NCBI GenBank assembly: GCA_040393465.1
Contig: JBEBUC010000009.1
Coordinates: 10,979-74,978 of the forward strand
Direction: 5' to 3'
DNA length: 64,000 nucleotides
Source of the DNA: Flavobacterium sp.
GTDB taxonomy: Bacteria > Bacteroidota > Bacteroidia > Flavobacteriales > Flavobacteriaceae
A program made the position numbers and the translations under genes. The notes under the pieces were generated by a model. That model was not told the DNA's origin. It made no database searches and saw nothing but the letters and a program-made list of their open reading frames with translations. Shown here in pieces: positions 39,295 through 49,607 of the stretch. Positions within the stretch are counted from its first letter, which is position 1, and each line of letters opens with the position of its first letter.

Positions 39295-39732
39295 ATGGGA
39301 CTAGTAGAACGTTTTTTTTCCGAAGCTGAAGAAGCTGAAATTGTTAATGCGATTATTAAGGCAGAAGAAAATACATCTGGCGAAATTCGCGTGCATTTGG
39401 AGGGACATACCGATTTACCTGCTTTTGACCGAGCCAAAGAAGTATTCTTTGACTTAAATATGGACAAAACAGCAGAGCGAAACGGTGTATTATTCTACTT
39501 GGCTATTGAAGATAAATCCTTCGTCATCATCGGTGACGAGGGAATTAACCAAAAAGTGGAAGCCGACTTTTGGGATTGTATAAAAGATACCGTTATCGAG
39601 CATTTCAAACTCGCAGACTTTAAAACCGGTCTTATTAATGGCATTCTTAGATCTGGTGAAAAGCTTAAAACCTATTTCCCTTATCAAAAAGACGATACTA
39701 ATGAGCTTCCAAATGAAATATCAAAAGGATAG
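39295..39732 (+). CDS. TPM domain protein
   Basis: AEENTSGEIRVH, RNGVLFY, IIGDEGI, NELPNEIS. Confidence 0.88.
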   Translation: MGLVERFFSEAEEAEIVNAIIKAEENTSGEIRVHLEGHTDLPAFDRAKEVFFDLNMDKTAERNGVLFYLAIEDKSFVIIGDEGINQKVEADFWDCIKDTVIEHFKLADFKTGLINGILRSGEKLKTYFPYQKDDTNELPNEISKG

Positions 39733-40551
39733 ATGAAAGATTATTTTCAAAAAGCATATCAAAAAAGCTTATTTGTTGTTATTGCGCTTATCAGCACATT
39801 AGGGTATAGTCAATTTAACATACCCGAAGCGCCTAAGAACTTACAAGAGCAAACCAGCGTATATGATTATGCTAAAATTTTAAGTCCCTCAGAAAAAGAG
39901 GCTCTTGAAAAAAAGTTAATTCATTATTCCGACTCAACCACAACTCAAATGGTCGTGATTACCATTGCTTCACTAAAAGGAGAAGACATTGGTATCTTAA
40001 CGCCTAAATGGGCACATCAATGGGGTATTGGACAAGCTAAAGAAGACAATGGTATATTGATCTTATTAGCTAGAGACGAGCGCAAAATTTGGATTTCTCC
40101 CGGCTATGGCGTTGAGGACCGTTTGACCGCTGGAATAGTGGGTCAAATGATTCGAGATGTTATCATTCCCGAATTTAAAACGGGTAATTATTACCAAGGT
40201 TTAGATAAGGGCACCGATGCAATAGTCGATATATTAAAAGGGAAATATAAAGGAACTCGAAAAGCAAATCCAGAAAATGGTGGCAATGGTATTGGAACCT
40301 TAATTCTCATCTTTATCGCAGTGGTTTTTTTACTCTATATATTTAGTAGAAAAGGCGGTGGTAAAGGCGGTAGCGGAGGTCGATTTGCCGGTCCGAGTTT
40401 AGGAGAAATGATTATCCTAAGTAGCTTAGGTCGCGGTGGCGGTGGTGGATTCGGCGGTGGAAGCGGCGGTGGCGGATTTGGCGGCGGTGGATTCGGTGGT
40501 GGATTCGGCGGCGGTGGATTTTCCGGCGGTGGCTCTGGCGGAAGTTGGTAA
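39733..40551 (+). CDS. TPM (YgcG-like) domain membrane protein with Gly-rich tail
   Basis: VYDYAKILS, WGIGQAKEDNGILIL, GYGVEDRLT, TM helix, GGGGFGGG repeats ending in GSW. Confidence 0.9.
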   Translation: MKDYFQKAYQKSLFVVIALISTLGYSQFNIPEAPKNLQEQTSVYDYAKILSPSEKEALEKKLIHYSDSTTTQMVVITIASLKGEDIGILTPKWAHQWGIGQAKEDNGILILLARDERKIWISPGYGVEDRLTAGIVGQMIRDVIIPEFKTGNYYQGLDKGTDAIVDILKGKYKGTRKANPENGGNGIGTLILIFIAVVFLLYIFSRKGGGKGGSGGRFAGPSLGEMIILSSLGRGGGGGFGGGSGGGGFGGGGFGGGFGGGGFSGGGSGGSW

Positions 40552-40589
40552 AACCATTCCTTATTAAAATAATCACTCACTTAAAAAAC

Positions 40590-40629
40590 AAAAGGCGATT
40601 CCAATATGGAATCGCCTTTTTGTTTTTTT
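40590..40629. terminator. Bidirectional terminator
   Basis: AAAAGGCGATTCC / GGAATCGCCTTTT stem with flanking A/T tracts. Confidence 0.85.
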
Positions 40630-40653
40630 GAACTCACTATATCATTTAAATCT

Positions 40654-43440
40654 TTACAAGCTACGTACCCGCATTCTAGGAGCTCCCTCCCTATTTCCTC
40701 TATTAGGTCGCTCACTCTTTGTTTGCTTACCGCCAAATTGGTCGATTTTATAGGTTAAGGAAAACATCACGTAGCGCTTTAGCACCGTATTTTCCGAATC
40801 AATAATGGTTGTAGGATCGATGGTTCGCGTAGCGCTGATATTCTGATTTAACAAATCATATACCTTAACCTTTGCCATAAATTTTTTATCAAAAAAGGCA
40901 TAAGACAAACTGGTGTTCCACAAATAAAAATCTCTTTTAAATCCGGAAGCAATATTGGAGTTATACGTATATCCAAAATCATTTCCAAAAACCCAATTTT
41001 CAGGCCAATAGGTCGTGGCTTGTAGATTAATTCGATGCGTAAAATTGGTAGCGCTACTTACCGCATAATTTTTGTAGTCCGTAGTATTAGAACTATAACT
41101 ATAGGACGGCATAATAGAAATTAAGTCGCCATAATCCCAACTCAAATATACTCTTGGCGAAATGGCTGTTGCCTGAGCTTCATATAATGCTCCATCTGTA
41201 AATCCCCTACTGTTGGAGAACGTATAGCGCATATCTATTCCATAACGGATTTTGTGTTCCTCAATGGTATAGGACTTATTCCAATTCCCCCCTAACATAT
41301 AGGAATACGCACCTGATAGTTCCCGAAATGTAGTCGTTCTCTTTCTATTTTCATCATAAATCGAATAAGTAACGACTTGATTGTCGTAATAACTTCCACC
41401 GACATAAATGCTGTATCCAGAACGGCTCGCGAAGTCGTAATTACGAAAACTCAAAAAGGTTGAATGGGATTTATTAGGATCTAAATCTGGATTTCCAATC
41501 ACGGTATTTAGTGGATTGGATACATCTTCATAATCCAAAACCGATCTTGCATCTACCATTTGAGCACTATATTGATAAGACCCCCAAACTGATAGAGACT
41601 TACTAAAACGATAATTCAAATAAGCACTCATCGCCGGAAGTATATATTTTTTAGAAAAACCAATATCAGCTTCTCTATATACGGCATCAACATCGTATTG
41701 TGTAATCGCTAAACCCGGAGCCAAGCTCAAATTAAATTTCGATTTGGAAACCCGAATCGCCGTTGTGGGTCTAAGTACTTTTATTTGCGTGGTGTAATAG
41801 TTGGTTAAATCTACATTAAGCCGATCATAGGATTGCGATACATCATTAAAATCAAAAACCCGTTCTTCTTGTACACTATTGGTCCAATCGTATCCCAAAT
41901 TAAACTCTAAGGCTAAAGAGTCCACAATCGGTTGTGAATATTCGAGTTCCAAATTATAATTATCGGAATTCGAACGTGTTTTACTGTACTGTTTTCTGAA
42001 ATCATCTTGGTCGGGCTCGTTAAAAAATCGAGTAGCCGATTCGTTGCGGTTTTGCCCGTCGTTGGTTGCGTTTTGATTGCTCAATGCAATAGTAAAATAT
42101 TGTCCTTTATTCTTCAAGTTTTTCGAATACCGTATTTGATTGGAAAAATTTAAACTATTCGAACTGCTATAGGATTCTGAATCACTCTCATTTAACCTAC
42201 TTCCCAGTTCGTCAACATCATACTGATCAGATAGTGATTTTGCTGTTCGGAACGTCTTGGATATTTTAGGTGAAACAAATAAGGTGGCTGTAGAATCGAT
42301 TTTATATTCTACCGAAAAGTTACCGTTATGTGCTTCACTATTCTGATTCGTGCTTGCATTGGAGAAGGTTGTAAATTGACCCGATGGCAATAAATTTATA
42401 CGAGTTGATCGGTTTTTGTTTTCACTATCGCTTGAATTGTAAAAATAACTGCCTGTCGTATTCAAATCTTTGATAAATTCGTCGGAATAATTCAATCCGA
42501 CCATATTGGACTGCGTAATTCCGGAACCACCGGAACCCGACGAACCGAAACTACCGGATCGTCCTCTACCTCCCCCCATATTATCAAAGACTTCATCCAT
42601 TGAAAAGCCCGAAGCATTAATATTATTTGAGGAAGCCAATACACTTATTTTTTGTTTCCCCTTAAAATAATTAGCCAAGACACTCCCTTCATAACGCTTA
42701 TCAGAACCATATCCGCCCATAAACTTACCGAAAAAACCTTTATTTTTATCTTCGTCTATAGTTAAGTTAATACTGGCATTATTGGAACTGGATGCCTTTT
42801 TAGTAAATTCCTCTTTTTTGGTTTTGGTATCTGAAATCTGAATTTTATTGATTAATTCCGCAGGTAAATTTTGCAAGGCAATTTTTCCATCTTCATCAAA
42901 AAACGGTTTTCCATTGACTAAAATCTGATTGACTTCTTTACCATTAACGGTAATCTTTTTGTCTGCATCAATCTCAACACCGGGTAACTGCTTTAATAAT
43001 TCTTCAACATTGGCATCGGGTCGAACTTTAAAGGACGCAGCATTAAATTCGACCGTATCTTTTTTGATTCGGATCGGAGGAATATCAGCAACAATCACCA
43101 ACTCATCTAAATTGGTCATGATCGTTTTTATCTGAATCTCGGATAAATCGAAATTAGCGTTTATGTCGTCAAATTGTTTAACGTAGTCAGTATAGCCCAG
43201 CATAGAAACCTTTAAAAAAACGGGTTTTGCTTGTTTTTTTACTTTGAGGTTAAAATCACCTTTTAAACTGGTTATGGTATAATCTATTAAGGTGGAATCT
43301 TTTAAGACCGATAAAAAAACCGTTGCAGATTCGATGGGTTTTTTATTCTCATCTACTACATTCCCCTTTAACTCCATAACACTTTGCGCGTGAATAAACC
43401 CTGACAGCATCAAGGCAAAAAAAAGTATGTTTTTTTTCAT
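40654..43440 (-). CDS. Outer-membrane beta-barrel protein with N-terminal carboxypeptidase-regulatory-like domain (TonB-receptor-like)
   Basis: Signal peptide from ATG 43440, KKDTVEFNA, LLKQLPGV, KVYDLLNQN, RYVMFSLTY. Confidence 0.8.
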   Translation of the reverse strand: MKKNILFFALMLSGFIHAQSVMELKGNVVDENKKPIESATVFLSVLKDSTLIDYTITSLKGDFNLKVKKQAKPVFLKVSMLGYTDYVKQFDDINANFDLSEIQIKTIMTNLDELVIVADIPPIRIKKDTVEFNAASFKVRPDANVEELLKQLPGVEIDADKKITVNGKEVNQILVNGKPFFDEDGKIALQNLPAELINKIQISDTKTKKEEFTKKASSSNNASINLTIDEDKNKGFFGKFMGGYGSDKRYEGSVLANYFKGKQKISVLASSNNINASGFSMDEVFDNMGGGRGRSGSFGSSGSGGSGITQSNMVGLNYSDEFIKDLNTTGSYFYNSSDSENKNRSTRINLLPSGQFTTFSNASTNQNSEAHNGNFSVEYKIDSTATLFVSPKISKTFRTAKSLSDQYDVDELGSRLNESDSESYSSSNSLNFSNQIRYSKNLKNKGQYFTIALSNQNATNDGQNRNESATRFFNEPDQDDFRKQYSKTRSNSDNYNLELEYSQPIVDSLALEFNLGYDWTNSVQEERVFDFNDVSQSYDRLNVDLTNYYTTQIKVLRPTTAIRVSKSKFNLSLAPGLAITQYDVDAVYREADIGFSKKYILPAMSAYLNYRFSKSLSVWGSYQYSAQMVDARSVLDYEDVSNPLNTVIGNPDLDPNKSHSTFLSFRNYDFASRSGYSIYVGGSYYDNQVVTYSIYDENRKRTTTFRELSGAYSYMLGGNWNKSYTIEEHKIRYGIDMRYTFSNSRGFTDGALYEAQATAISPRVYLSWDYGDLISIMPSYSYSSNTTDYKNYAVSSATNFTHRINLQATTYWPENWVFGNDFGYTYNSNIASGFKRDFYLWNTSLSYAFFDKKFMAKVKVYDLLNQNISATRTIDPTTIIDSENTVLKRYVMFSLTYKIDQFGGKQTKSERPNRGNREGAPRMRVRSL

Positions 43441-43448
43441 ATTAGAGC

Positions 43449-43494
43449 AAAAAAAAATGCGGTTTAATTGAGTAAACAATAACCGCATTTTTTT
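43449..43494 (-). terminator. Terminator after der
   Basis: AAAAAAAATGCGGTT / AACCGCATTTTTTT inverted repeat. Confidence 0.75.
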
Positions 43495-43507
43495 ATTTAT
43501 ATAAAAA

Positions 43508-44812
43508 TTATTTTTGTCTGAAATACAAATCTATTGGCACCCCGTTGAAATCATAGATTTCACGAAGTTTATTTTCAATAAATCGTTTATATGGATCCTT
43601 AACATATTGCGGTAAGTTTGCAAAAAACACAAACTGAGGTGTTGGTGTTGGCAACTGCATACAATATTTAATTTTCACATACTTTCCTTTAAGTGCTGGC
43701 GGCGGTGTTTGCTCTATAATAGGCAACATCGTTTCGTTAAACTTAGAGGTTGCAATTCTGCGTTTACGTGTTTCAAAAACGGTTACAGCCGTTTCTAAGG
43801 CTTTTAACAACCTTTGTTTTGTAATCGTAGAGGTAAAAATAATAGGCACATCGGTAAATGGCGCTATTTTTTCACGAATATCTTTTTCAAATTGAACGGT
43901 AGTCATGGTTTCTTTTTCAACCAAATCCCACTTATTAATCAGGATTACAATTCCTTTTCTATTCTTTTCTGCCAACCAGAAAATGCTCTGATCCTGACCT
44001 TCAAAACCACGTGTGGCATCTACAATCAAAATACAAACATCGCTGTGTTCGATAGCACGAACTGAACGCATTACAGAATAAAATTCCAAATCTTCTTTAA
44101 CTTTGGCCTTACGTCGGATACCAGCAGTATCAACCAAGTTAAATTCAAATCCGAAACGATTATATCTCGTATCAATGGCATCTCTAGTTGTTCCAGCAAT
44201 ATCCGTTACGATATATCTATCTTCACCAATTAACGCATTAATAAAACTTGATTTTCCAGCATTTGGTCTTCCCACAACAGCAAATCTAGGCAACAATACT
44301 TCTTCAACAATCGGACTGTCTGGCAAAGCAATCACCAAAGCATCTAATAAATCTCCTGTACCACTTCCCGTCATTCCCGCAATGGTAAAGTACTCACCCA
44401 ATCCTAAGTTATAGAATTCATAAGCATCTTTTTCTCTTTGACCATTATCTACTTTATTTACTGCTAGAAAAATGGGTTTCGTCACCTTTCTAAGCAACTT
44501 TGCTACTTCCGCATCCATAGGAGTAATCCCCTCTTCCACATCTACCATAAAGATAATTGCATCGGCTTCATCAATCGCTAATTCTACTTGGCGTCTGATT
44601 TCTGCTTCAAAAACATCGTCCGATCCTTTTATATATCCCCCGGTATCAATAACAGAAAATTCTTTTCCGTTCCATTCACTTTTGCCGTAATTTCTATCAC
44701 GTGTAACTCCACTCACTGAATCCACAATGGCTTCTCTTCTTTGAATCAATCGATTAAAAAAGGTGGATTTTCCTACATTTGGTCTCCCAACTATGGCTAC
44801 TATATTGTTCAT
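43508..44812 (-). CDS. der: Ribosome biogenesis GTPase Der (EngA)
   Basis: Two G domains ([16 protein letters not shown] and [16 protein letters not shown]) plus KH-like tail. Confidence 0.97.
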   Translation of the reverse strand: MNNIVAIVGRPNVGKSTFFNRLIQRREAIVDSVSGVTRDRNYGKSEWNGKEFSVIDTGGYIKGSDDVFEAEIRRQVELAIDEADAIIFMVDVEEGITPMDAEVAKLLRKVTKPIFLAVNKVDNGQREKDAYEFYNLGLGEYFTIAGMTGSGTGDLLDALVIALPDSPIVEEVLLPRFAVVGRPNAGKSSFINALIGEDRYIVTDIAGTTRDAIDTRYNRFGFEFNLVDTAGIRRKAKVKEDLEFYSVMRSVRAIEHSDVCILIVDATRGFEGQDQSIFWLAEKNRKGIVILINKWDLVEKETMTTVQFEKDIREKIAPFTDVPIIFTSTITKQRLLKALETAVTVFETRKRRIATSKFNETMLPIIEQTPPPALKGKYVKIKYCMQLPTPTPQFVFFANLPQYVKDPYKRFIENKLREIYDFNGVPIDLYFRQK

Positions 44813-44929
44813 AACTCCTATAAATATTTTGCAAAGGTACTATTTCGATGCGAGATTTCGATTATTTTTATTTTTCAATTGCGAATAAACCTAATAATAG
44901 ACTTCTAAATCGTAAAAAGAACCCTTATC

Positions 44930-45814
44930 CTATTTTTGATTGTATCCAAATCGACGTAATTGAAATGCACTATTTCTCCAATCTTTATTCACTTTTACGA
45001 ACAATTCGATGTGTACTTGTTTTCCAAAGAATTTCTCTAACTGTTCTCTAGCCATGATTCCTACTTTTTTAATAGCCGCTCCTTTATGTCCAATGATGAT
45101 TCCTTTCTGACTATCACGCTCTACCATGATTAAGGCACGAATACGGATAATCTCTTCGTCTTCTAGAAACTCTTCGGTTTCAATTTCTACGGAATAAGGT
45201 ATTTCCTTATCGTAACATAACAAAACCTTTTCACGGATGATTTCGTTTACAAAGAAACGCTCCGGTTTATCTGTTAAAGCATCCTTAGGATAGTATGCTG
45301 GCGATTCGGGTAGCAATTGAATAATACGCTCAAAAACTTCTGTAACATTGAATTTCTCTAAAGCGGAGATAGGAAATATTTCTGCATTAGGAACTTTCTC
45401 TTGCCAAAGTGCCACTTGAGTCACCAACTCTTCTTGATTGGATAAGTCAATCTTATTAAGTAATAGTAAAACCGGAATCGTTGAATTGGTGATTCTCTTA
45501 AAGAAAGCTTCGTCTTTAAGTTCCTTTTCTCCAATCTCCACCATATATAATAAGATGTCTGCATCTTCGAAGGCCGACTTCACAAAATCCATCATCGATT
45601 TCTGTAAGTCATAGGCGGGCTTAATGATTCCTGGAGTATCCGAAAACATGATTTGGAAATCTTCTCCATTGACAATGCCCAAAATTCTATGTCTTGTGGT
45701 TTGTGCTTTCGAAGTGATAATTGACAAACGCTCTCCTACAAAGGCATTCATTAGAGTGGATTTTCCGACATTCGGATTACCAATGATATTTACAAAGCCT
45801 GCTTTATGTGTCAT
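44930..45814 (-). CDS. era: GTPase Era
   Basis: GNPNVGKS, QTTRHRI, DTPG, NKID, EIPYSVE, GIIIGHKG. Confidence 0.97.
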   Translation of the reverse strand: MTHKAGFVNIIGNPNVGKSTLMNAFVGERLSIITSKAQTTRHRILGIVNGEDFQIMFSDTPGIIKPAYDLQKSMMDFVKSAFEDADILLYMVEIGEKELKDEAFFKRITNSTIPVLLLLNKIDLSNQEELVTQVALWQEKVPNAEIFPISALEKFNVTEVFERIIQLLPESPAYYPKDALTDKPERFFVNEIIREKVLLCYDKEIPYSVEIETEEFLEDEEIIRIRALIMVERDSQKGIIIGHKGAAIKKVGIMAREQLEKFFGKQVHIELFVKVNKDWRNSAFQLRRFGYNQK

Positions 45815-45931
45815 ATGTTATTTTTTTACGTTGACAAAGGTAGCTATATCAATCAAATAGAGAAAATAAAAAATAAAGAGCTTTAAATTCTTTTTTAATA
45901 CAAAAAACGTTGTACATTTGCACTACAAAAT

Positions 45932-46004
45932 CGCGGGATAGAGCAGTAGGCAGCTCGTCGGGCTCATAACCCGAAGGTCACAGGTTCGAGTCCTGTTCCC
46001 GCTA
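45932..46004 (+). tRNA. tRNA-fMet (CAT), copy 1
   Basis: Cloverleaf with C1:A72 mismatch, GGG/CCC anticodon stem around CAT, GGTTCGAGTCC T-arm; CCA not encoded; TACATTTG promoter at 45913-45920. Confidence 0.96.
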
Positions 46005-46117
46005 CTAAATTACTCCTCATAAAAAAGGATATTTTTTATCAAAACGCTCTTAAGAATAAAATCTGAAAATAAATTTTGATAATTCAAAAAATTGCAATAC
46101 ATTTGCATCTCAAACAT

Positions 46118-46190
46118 CGCGGGATAGAGCAGTAGGCAGCTCGTCGGGCTCATAACCCGAAGGTCACAGGTTCGAGTCCTGTTCCCGCTA
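46118..46190 (+). tRNA. tRNA-fMet (CAT), copy 2
   Basis: Identical to copy 1; own TACATTTG promoter at 46098-46105. Confidence 0.96.
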
Positions 46191-46197
46191 CTAAGCA

Positions 46198-46224
46198 ACC
46201 ACTCTTTTCAGAGTGGTTTTTTTA
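46198..46224 (+). terminator. Terminator after the tRNA pair
   Basis: AACCACTCT-TTTC-AGAGTGGTT followed by a T-tract. Confidence 0.8.
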
Positions 46225-46416
46225 TGCCTATAGATCAACAGTCGACGTTTCCCTAATTCTTTTATTCCTTCCCTAAGGATCTTAGTGACCTCGAGTCACC
46301 CAACCAGGCTAAAGTATACCACTCCAAAAGTGTTACCATTCCACCTTATCATAAACCGCAATTATAAAATCACGCGAAAAGCATCGCATAGGATACAAAA
46401 GCTACCCTATTGCTAC

Positions 46417-46444
46417 AAAAAAACCACCTTAAAGGTGGTTTTTT
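46417..46444 (-). terminator. Terminator after the ABC-F gene
   Basis: AAAAAAACCACCTT-A-AAGGTGGTTTTTT hairpin. Confidence 0.75.
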
Positions 46445-46445
46445 A

Positions 46446-48365
46446 TTATTTTAAGGTTTCGAGTTCCTCTTGAACCAATTCCCAATCTTCCATTAAGGTA
46501 TCTAAATTCTTCTTCTTCGCTTCGTAGTCTTTAAAAAAGGACTCGTTTTGCATCAACTTTTCATAATCAGCCGCTAGCTTCGCATCGTCTTTTTCAATCT
46601 TCTTTTCCAACTCTTGTACTTGGCTTTCTATTTTACTCAAACGGTTTTGAAGTGTTTTTTGTTTTTTCTGATCTTCATAAGAAATGACTTCCACCACTTT
46701 TTCCACTTTTCGAGAAGCTTTCGGTTGCGCTACTTTCTTTTCTACCTCCCGCATATTTTGCAAATTGCGTTGTTCTAAGAAGTAATTGATATCCCCCAAA
46801 TATTCCCGAATGGCTTGGTCTTTGAATTCGTATACCAAATTAGACATTCCCTGAAGAAAATCCCTGTCGTGAGAAACCAGTATCAAAGTTCCTTCAAAGT
46901 TCTTTAAAGCCGTCTTAAGAACGTTTTTAGACTTAATGTCCAAGTGATTCGTTGGCTCATCCATCAACAATACATTAATGGGCTGCAAAAGCATTTTACA
47001 CAACGCTAAGCGGTTACGCTCGCCTCCTGAAAGCACTTTGACTTTCTTCTCTACAACATCTCCTCTAAACAAGAATGACCCCAACATGTCTCTAACTTTT
47101 GCTCTATTGGAATCTGTTGCTGCCTCCAACATCGTATCTAACAAGGTCATTTCACCATCTAAATGATCCGCCTGATTTTGAGCAAAATATCCAATCTGAA
47201 CATTATGTCCCAATTTAATATTCCCATCGTATTCAAATTCGTCAACTATAGCTTTAATCAATGTAGATTTCCCTTGTCCGTTTTGACCTACAAAGGCAAT
47301 TTTCGAACCGCGCTCTACCAATAAAGAAATATCCTTGAAAACTGTTTTGTCACCAAAACGCTTGGTAACATCCTCAATCTCCAATACTACCCTACCCGGA
47401 ACAACACTCACGGGAAAAGAAATATTCATTACCGAATTATCGTCTTCATCGACTTCAATACGCTCTACTTTGTCTAATTTCTTAATCAACGACTGCGCCA
47501 TCGACGCTTTAGAAGCTTTCGCTCTAAATTTCTCTATTAACTTCTCTGTTTCCTCAATTTTCTTAGCTTGATTTTTTTGCGTTGCCAATTGTTTTTCACG
47601 CAATTCTTGACGCAATTCAAGATATTCCGAATACGGCTTATTAAAATCATATATTTTCCCTAAAGAAATTTCAATAGTACGATTCGTAACGTTATCCAAG
47701 AACATCTTATCGTGAGAAACTATAGCTACAGCTCCAGGATAGCTTCTCAAAAACTGTTCTAACCATATAATACTCTCAATATCCAAGTGATTCGTTGGCT
47801 CATCTAGTAGTAGAACATCGTTGTTCTGCAATAATAGTTTCGCCAATTCGATACGCATTCTCCATCCTCCGGAAAAGGTATCGGTTAATTTATCAAAATC
47901 TTCTCTTCTAAATCCAAGTCCCAATAAAACCTTCTCGGTTTCTCCTATATAATTGTATCCACCTATAATCTCAAAACGATGTGTTAAATCACTCAATTCC
48001 TCAATTAAGTCTGAATAGCCCTCCGATTCGTAATCGGTACGTGTAACCAATTGCTCATTCACAGACTCCAATTGATTTTCAACAATTTTAATATCTACAA
48101 AAGCTTGATACGCCTCCTCCAATACGGTTCTTCCCAACACAAAGTCAATATCTTGCTTTAAGAAACCGATGGAAAGTTCTTTCTCTGTGGCAATACTACC
48201 TGTATCAGGCTCAATTTCTCTTGATAAAATCTTAAGCATGGTTGATTTTCCCGCACCATTTTTCCCTACCAAACCCACTCTATCTCCAGCCCCCAAGCGG
48301 AAGGTAACGTTTTCAAACAAATAAGTTCCCGAAAAAGAAACCGACAGATTATGTATATTTAACAT
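46446..48365 (-). CDS. ABC-F family ATP-binding protein
   Basis: Two ABC cassettes (GKNGAGKST/FSGGW/LDEPTNHLD and GQNGQGKST/LSGGE/MDEPTNHLD), no TM segments, C-terminal coiled coil. Confidence 0.93.
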   Translation of the reverse strand: MLNIHNLSVSFSGTYLFENVTFRLGAGDRVGLVGKNGAGKSTMLKILSREIEPDTGSIATEKELSIGFLKQDIDFVLGRTVLEEAYQAFVDIKIVENQLESVNEQLVTRTDYESEGYSDLIEELSDLTHRFEIIGGYNYIGETEKVLLGLGFRREDFDKLTDTFSGGWRMRIELAKLLLQNNDVLLLDEPTNHLDIESIIWLEQFLRSYPGAVAIVSHDKMFLDNVTNRTIEISLGKIYDFNKPYSEYLELRQELREKQLATQKNQAKKIEETEKLIEKFRAKASKASMAQSLIKKLDKVERIEVDEDDNSVMNISFPVSVVPGRVVLEIEDVTKRFGDKTVFKDISLLVERGSKIAFVGQNGQGKSTLIKAIVDEFEYDGNIKLGHNVQIGYFAQNQADHLDGEMTLLDTMLEAATDSNRAKVRDMLGSFLFRGDVVEKKVKVLSGGERNRLALCKMLLQPINVLLMDEPTNHLDIKSKNVLKTALKNFEGTLILVSHDRDFLQGMSNLVYEFKDQAIREYLGDINYFLEQRNLQNMREVEKKVAQPKASRKVEKVVEVISYEDQKKQKTLQNRLSKIESQVQELEKKIEKDDAKLAADYEKLMQNESFFKDYEAKKKNLDTLMEDWELVQEELETLK

Positions 48366-48484
48366 GTATTATATTTTCAATTAGAAGCTTAGCTCGTAAG
48401 CATTTATATTATTTGACTCCTTTTTATAAAAAAATTAGGCGCTGCAAAATTAGTCTAAATTTGGGAATATCAATACATTCCTTT

Positions 48485-49534
48485 TCATCCCTTTTTTTTA
48501 TCGAATCTTGCTATGGAAATATTACTATCTAATTCCACACCATTTTCAATATTCTGAAACAAATGTTTTGCTAAAAAGGGTCCTAGAAGAACACCTCTTG
48601 TACCCAATCCGTTTAACACATGAATGCATGCACTCTCTTTAGAACGTCCCACTAAAGGACGTCTATCCTTAACAGTAGGGCGTACACCTGCGATTTGTTC
48701 TACAATTTCAAACTCCAAATTAACTACGCTTCTAAGACCTGCTAGCAACTCATCTTTAGCCGCAACAGTAATGTTATCCGATTTGTCGTTCCAATCGTAT
48801 GTAGCCCCAACTTTATATAAATCGTTTCCAATTGGAATTAAAAAAACACCCGCTTTAAGAATTTCCTTAAAATTTAAATGCGGAATTCGCACTATTAAAA
48901 GCTCCCCTTTGGTACCGTCCAACGGCAAGTCTTTAAAAAATGGATTTTCCAACATCCCATATCCCTCGGCAAAAACAATGTTTTTAGCTTGAATGTTTTT
49001 ATAAGTCACACCATTACTATCATATTGAAACTGGTCATAATCAAAGTCCGCCTGCACATACAATTCTTTTTCTCGTAAATACTTTCTGTAACTAGTAATC
49101 AACTGGGCGGTATCCACATAGCCCGTTTCAAAAACCTCTCCAAAAGAAAAGGCCGCATCAACACCTGCATTATTATTTTTGACCAATACAGACGCCAAAT
49201 AAGCACTTAGATTGGGTTTATCAGAAGCTTCAAACCAATTATTTTGCTCTTCCACAGACATCAACCGTCTGTACAAAGGCATTTTGTAATCGAGTTTCAC
49301 TTGAAGCTTATCTTCCAATGCTTTAAAAAAAGGCCGCGCAATATCTAGTTGTTCGCGTACTTTCCAAACTTCTGTAAAGCGCTTTAGCACTACGGGATTA
49401 TACATACCGCCAGCAACTTGCGAGGAAGAACGTTTTTCACCATCGACTACCAAAATTGATTTACCGGCCTGTAAAGCTGTTTCTGCAAAACAAATCCCAG
49501 CAAGTCCCGATCCAACTATAATATAATCTACCAT
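48485..49534 (-). CDS. FAD-dependent oxidoreductase (DAO family)
   Basis: IIVGSGLAG Rossmann motif, AGVRPT, NGLGTRG. Confidence 0.88.
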   Translation of the reverse strand: MVDYIIVGSGLAGICFAETALQAGKSILVVDGEKRSSSQVAGGMYNPVVLKRFTEVWKVREQLDIARPFFKALEDKLQVKLDYKMPLYRRLMSVEEQNNWFEASDKPNLSAYLASVLVKNNNAGVDAAFSFGEVFETGYVDTAQLITSYRKYLREKELYVQADFDYDQFQYDSNGVTYKNIQAKNIVFAEGYGMLENPFFKDLPLDGTKGELLIVRIPHLNFKEILKAGVFLIPIGNDLYKVGATYDWNDKSDNITVAAKDELLAGLRSVVNLEFEIVEQIAGVRPTVKDRRPLVGRSKESACIHVLNGLGTRGVLLGPFLAKHLFQNIENGVELDSNISIARFDKKKG

Positions 49535-49554
49535 AACATATTTTTTTTAACAAC

Positions 49555-49587
49555 AAAAAACTCTTACCTATAAGATAAGAGTTTTTT
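49555..49587 (-). terminator. Terminator after gldN
   Basis: AAAAAACTCTTA / TAAGAGTTTTTT inverted repeat. Confidence 0.75.
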
Positions 49588-49607
49588 TATAATTAATGTA
49601 TGTAAAA

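Noticed and set aside
40335-40580. Pro-rich ORF and GGC/GGT repeats
   Set aside because: Antisense of the Gly-rich tail of the TPM protein; coding low complexity, not a CRISPR or mobile repeat.
45931-46194. tRNA direct repeat as possible attL/attR of an integrated element
   Set aside because: Both copies are full length with their own promoters, only ~110 nt lie between them, and there is no integrase nearby.
46010-46198. 62-aa minus-strand ORF (MLSSGNRTRTCDLRVMSP...)
   Set aside because: Translation of the reverse complement of tRNA-fMet; a common artefact.
46226-46416. ~190-nt gap between two terminators with a small GTGAC/GTCAC hairpin; ORF 46285-46473
   Set aside because: No promoter consensus, recognisable RNA motif or coding signature; insufficient support for an sRNA or gene.
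46446-48365. ABC-F as an antibiotic-resistance (ARE) gene
   Set aside because: Housekeeping context, no mobile elements or leader attenuator seen; subfamily cannot be assigned without a phylogeny.
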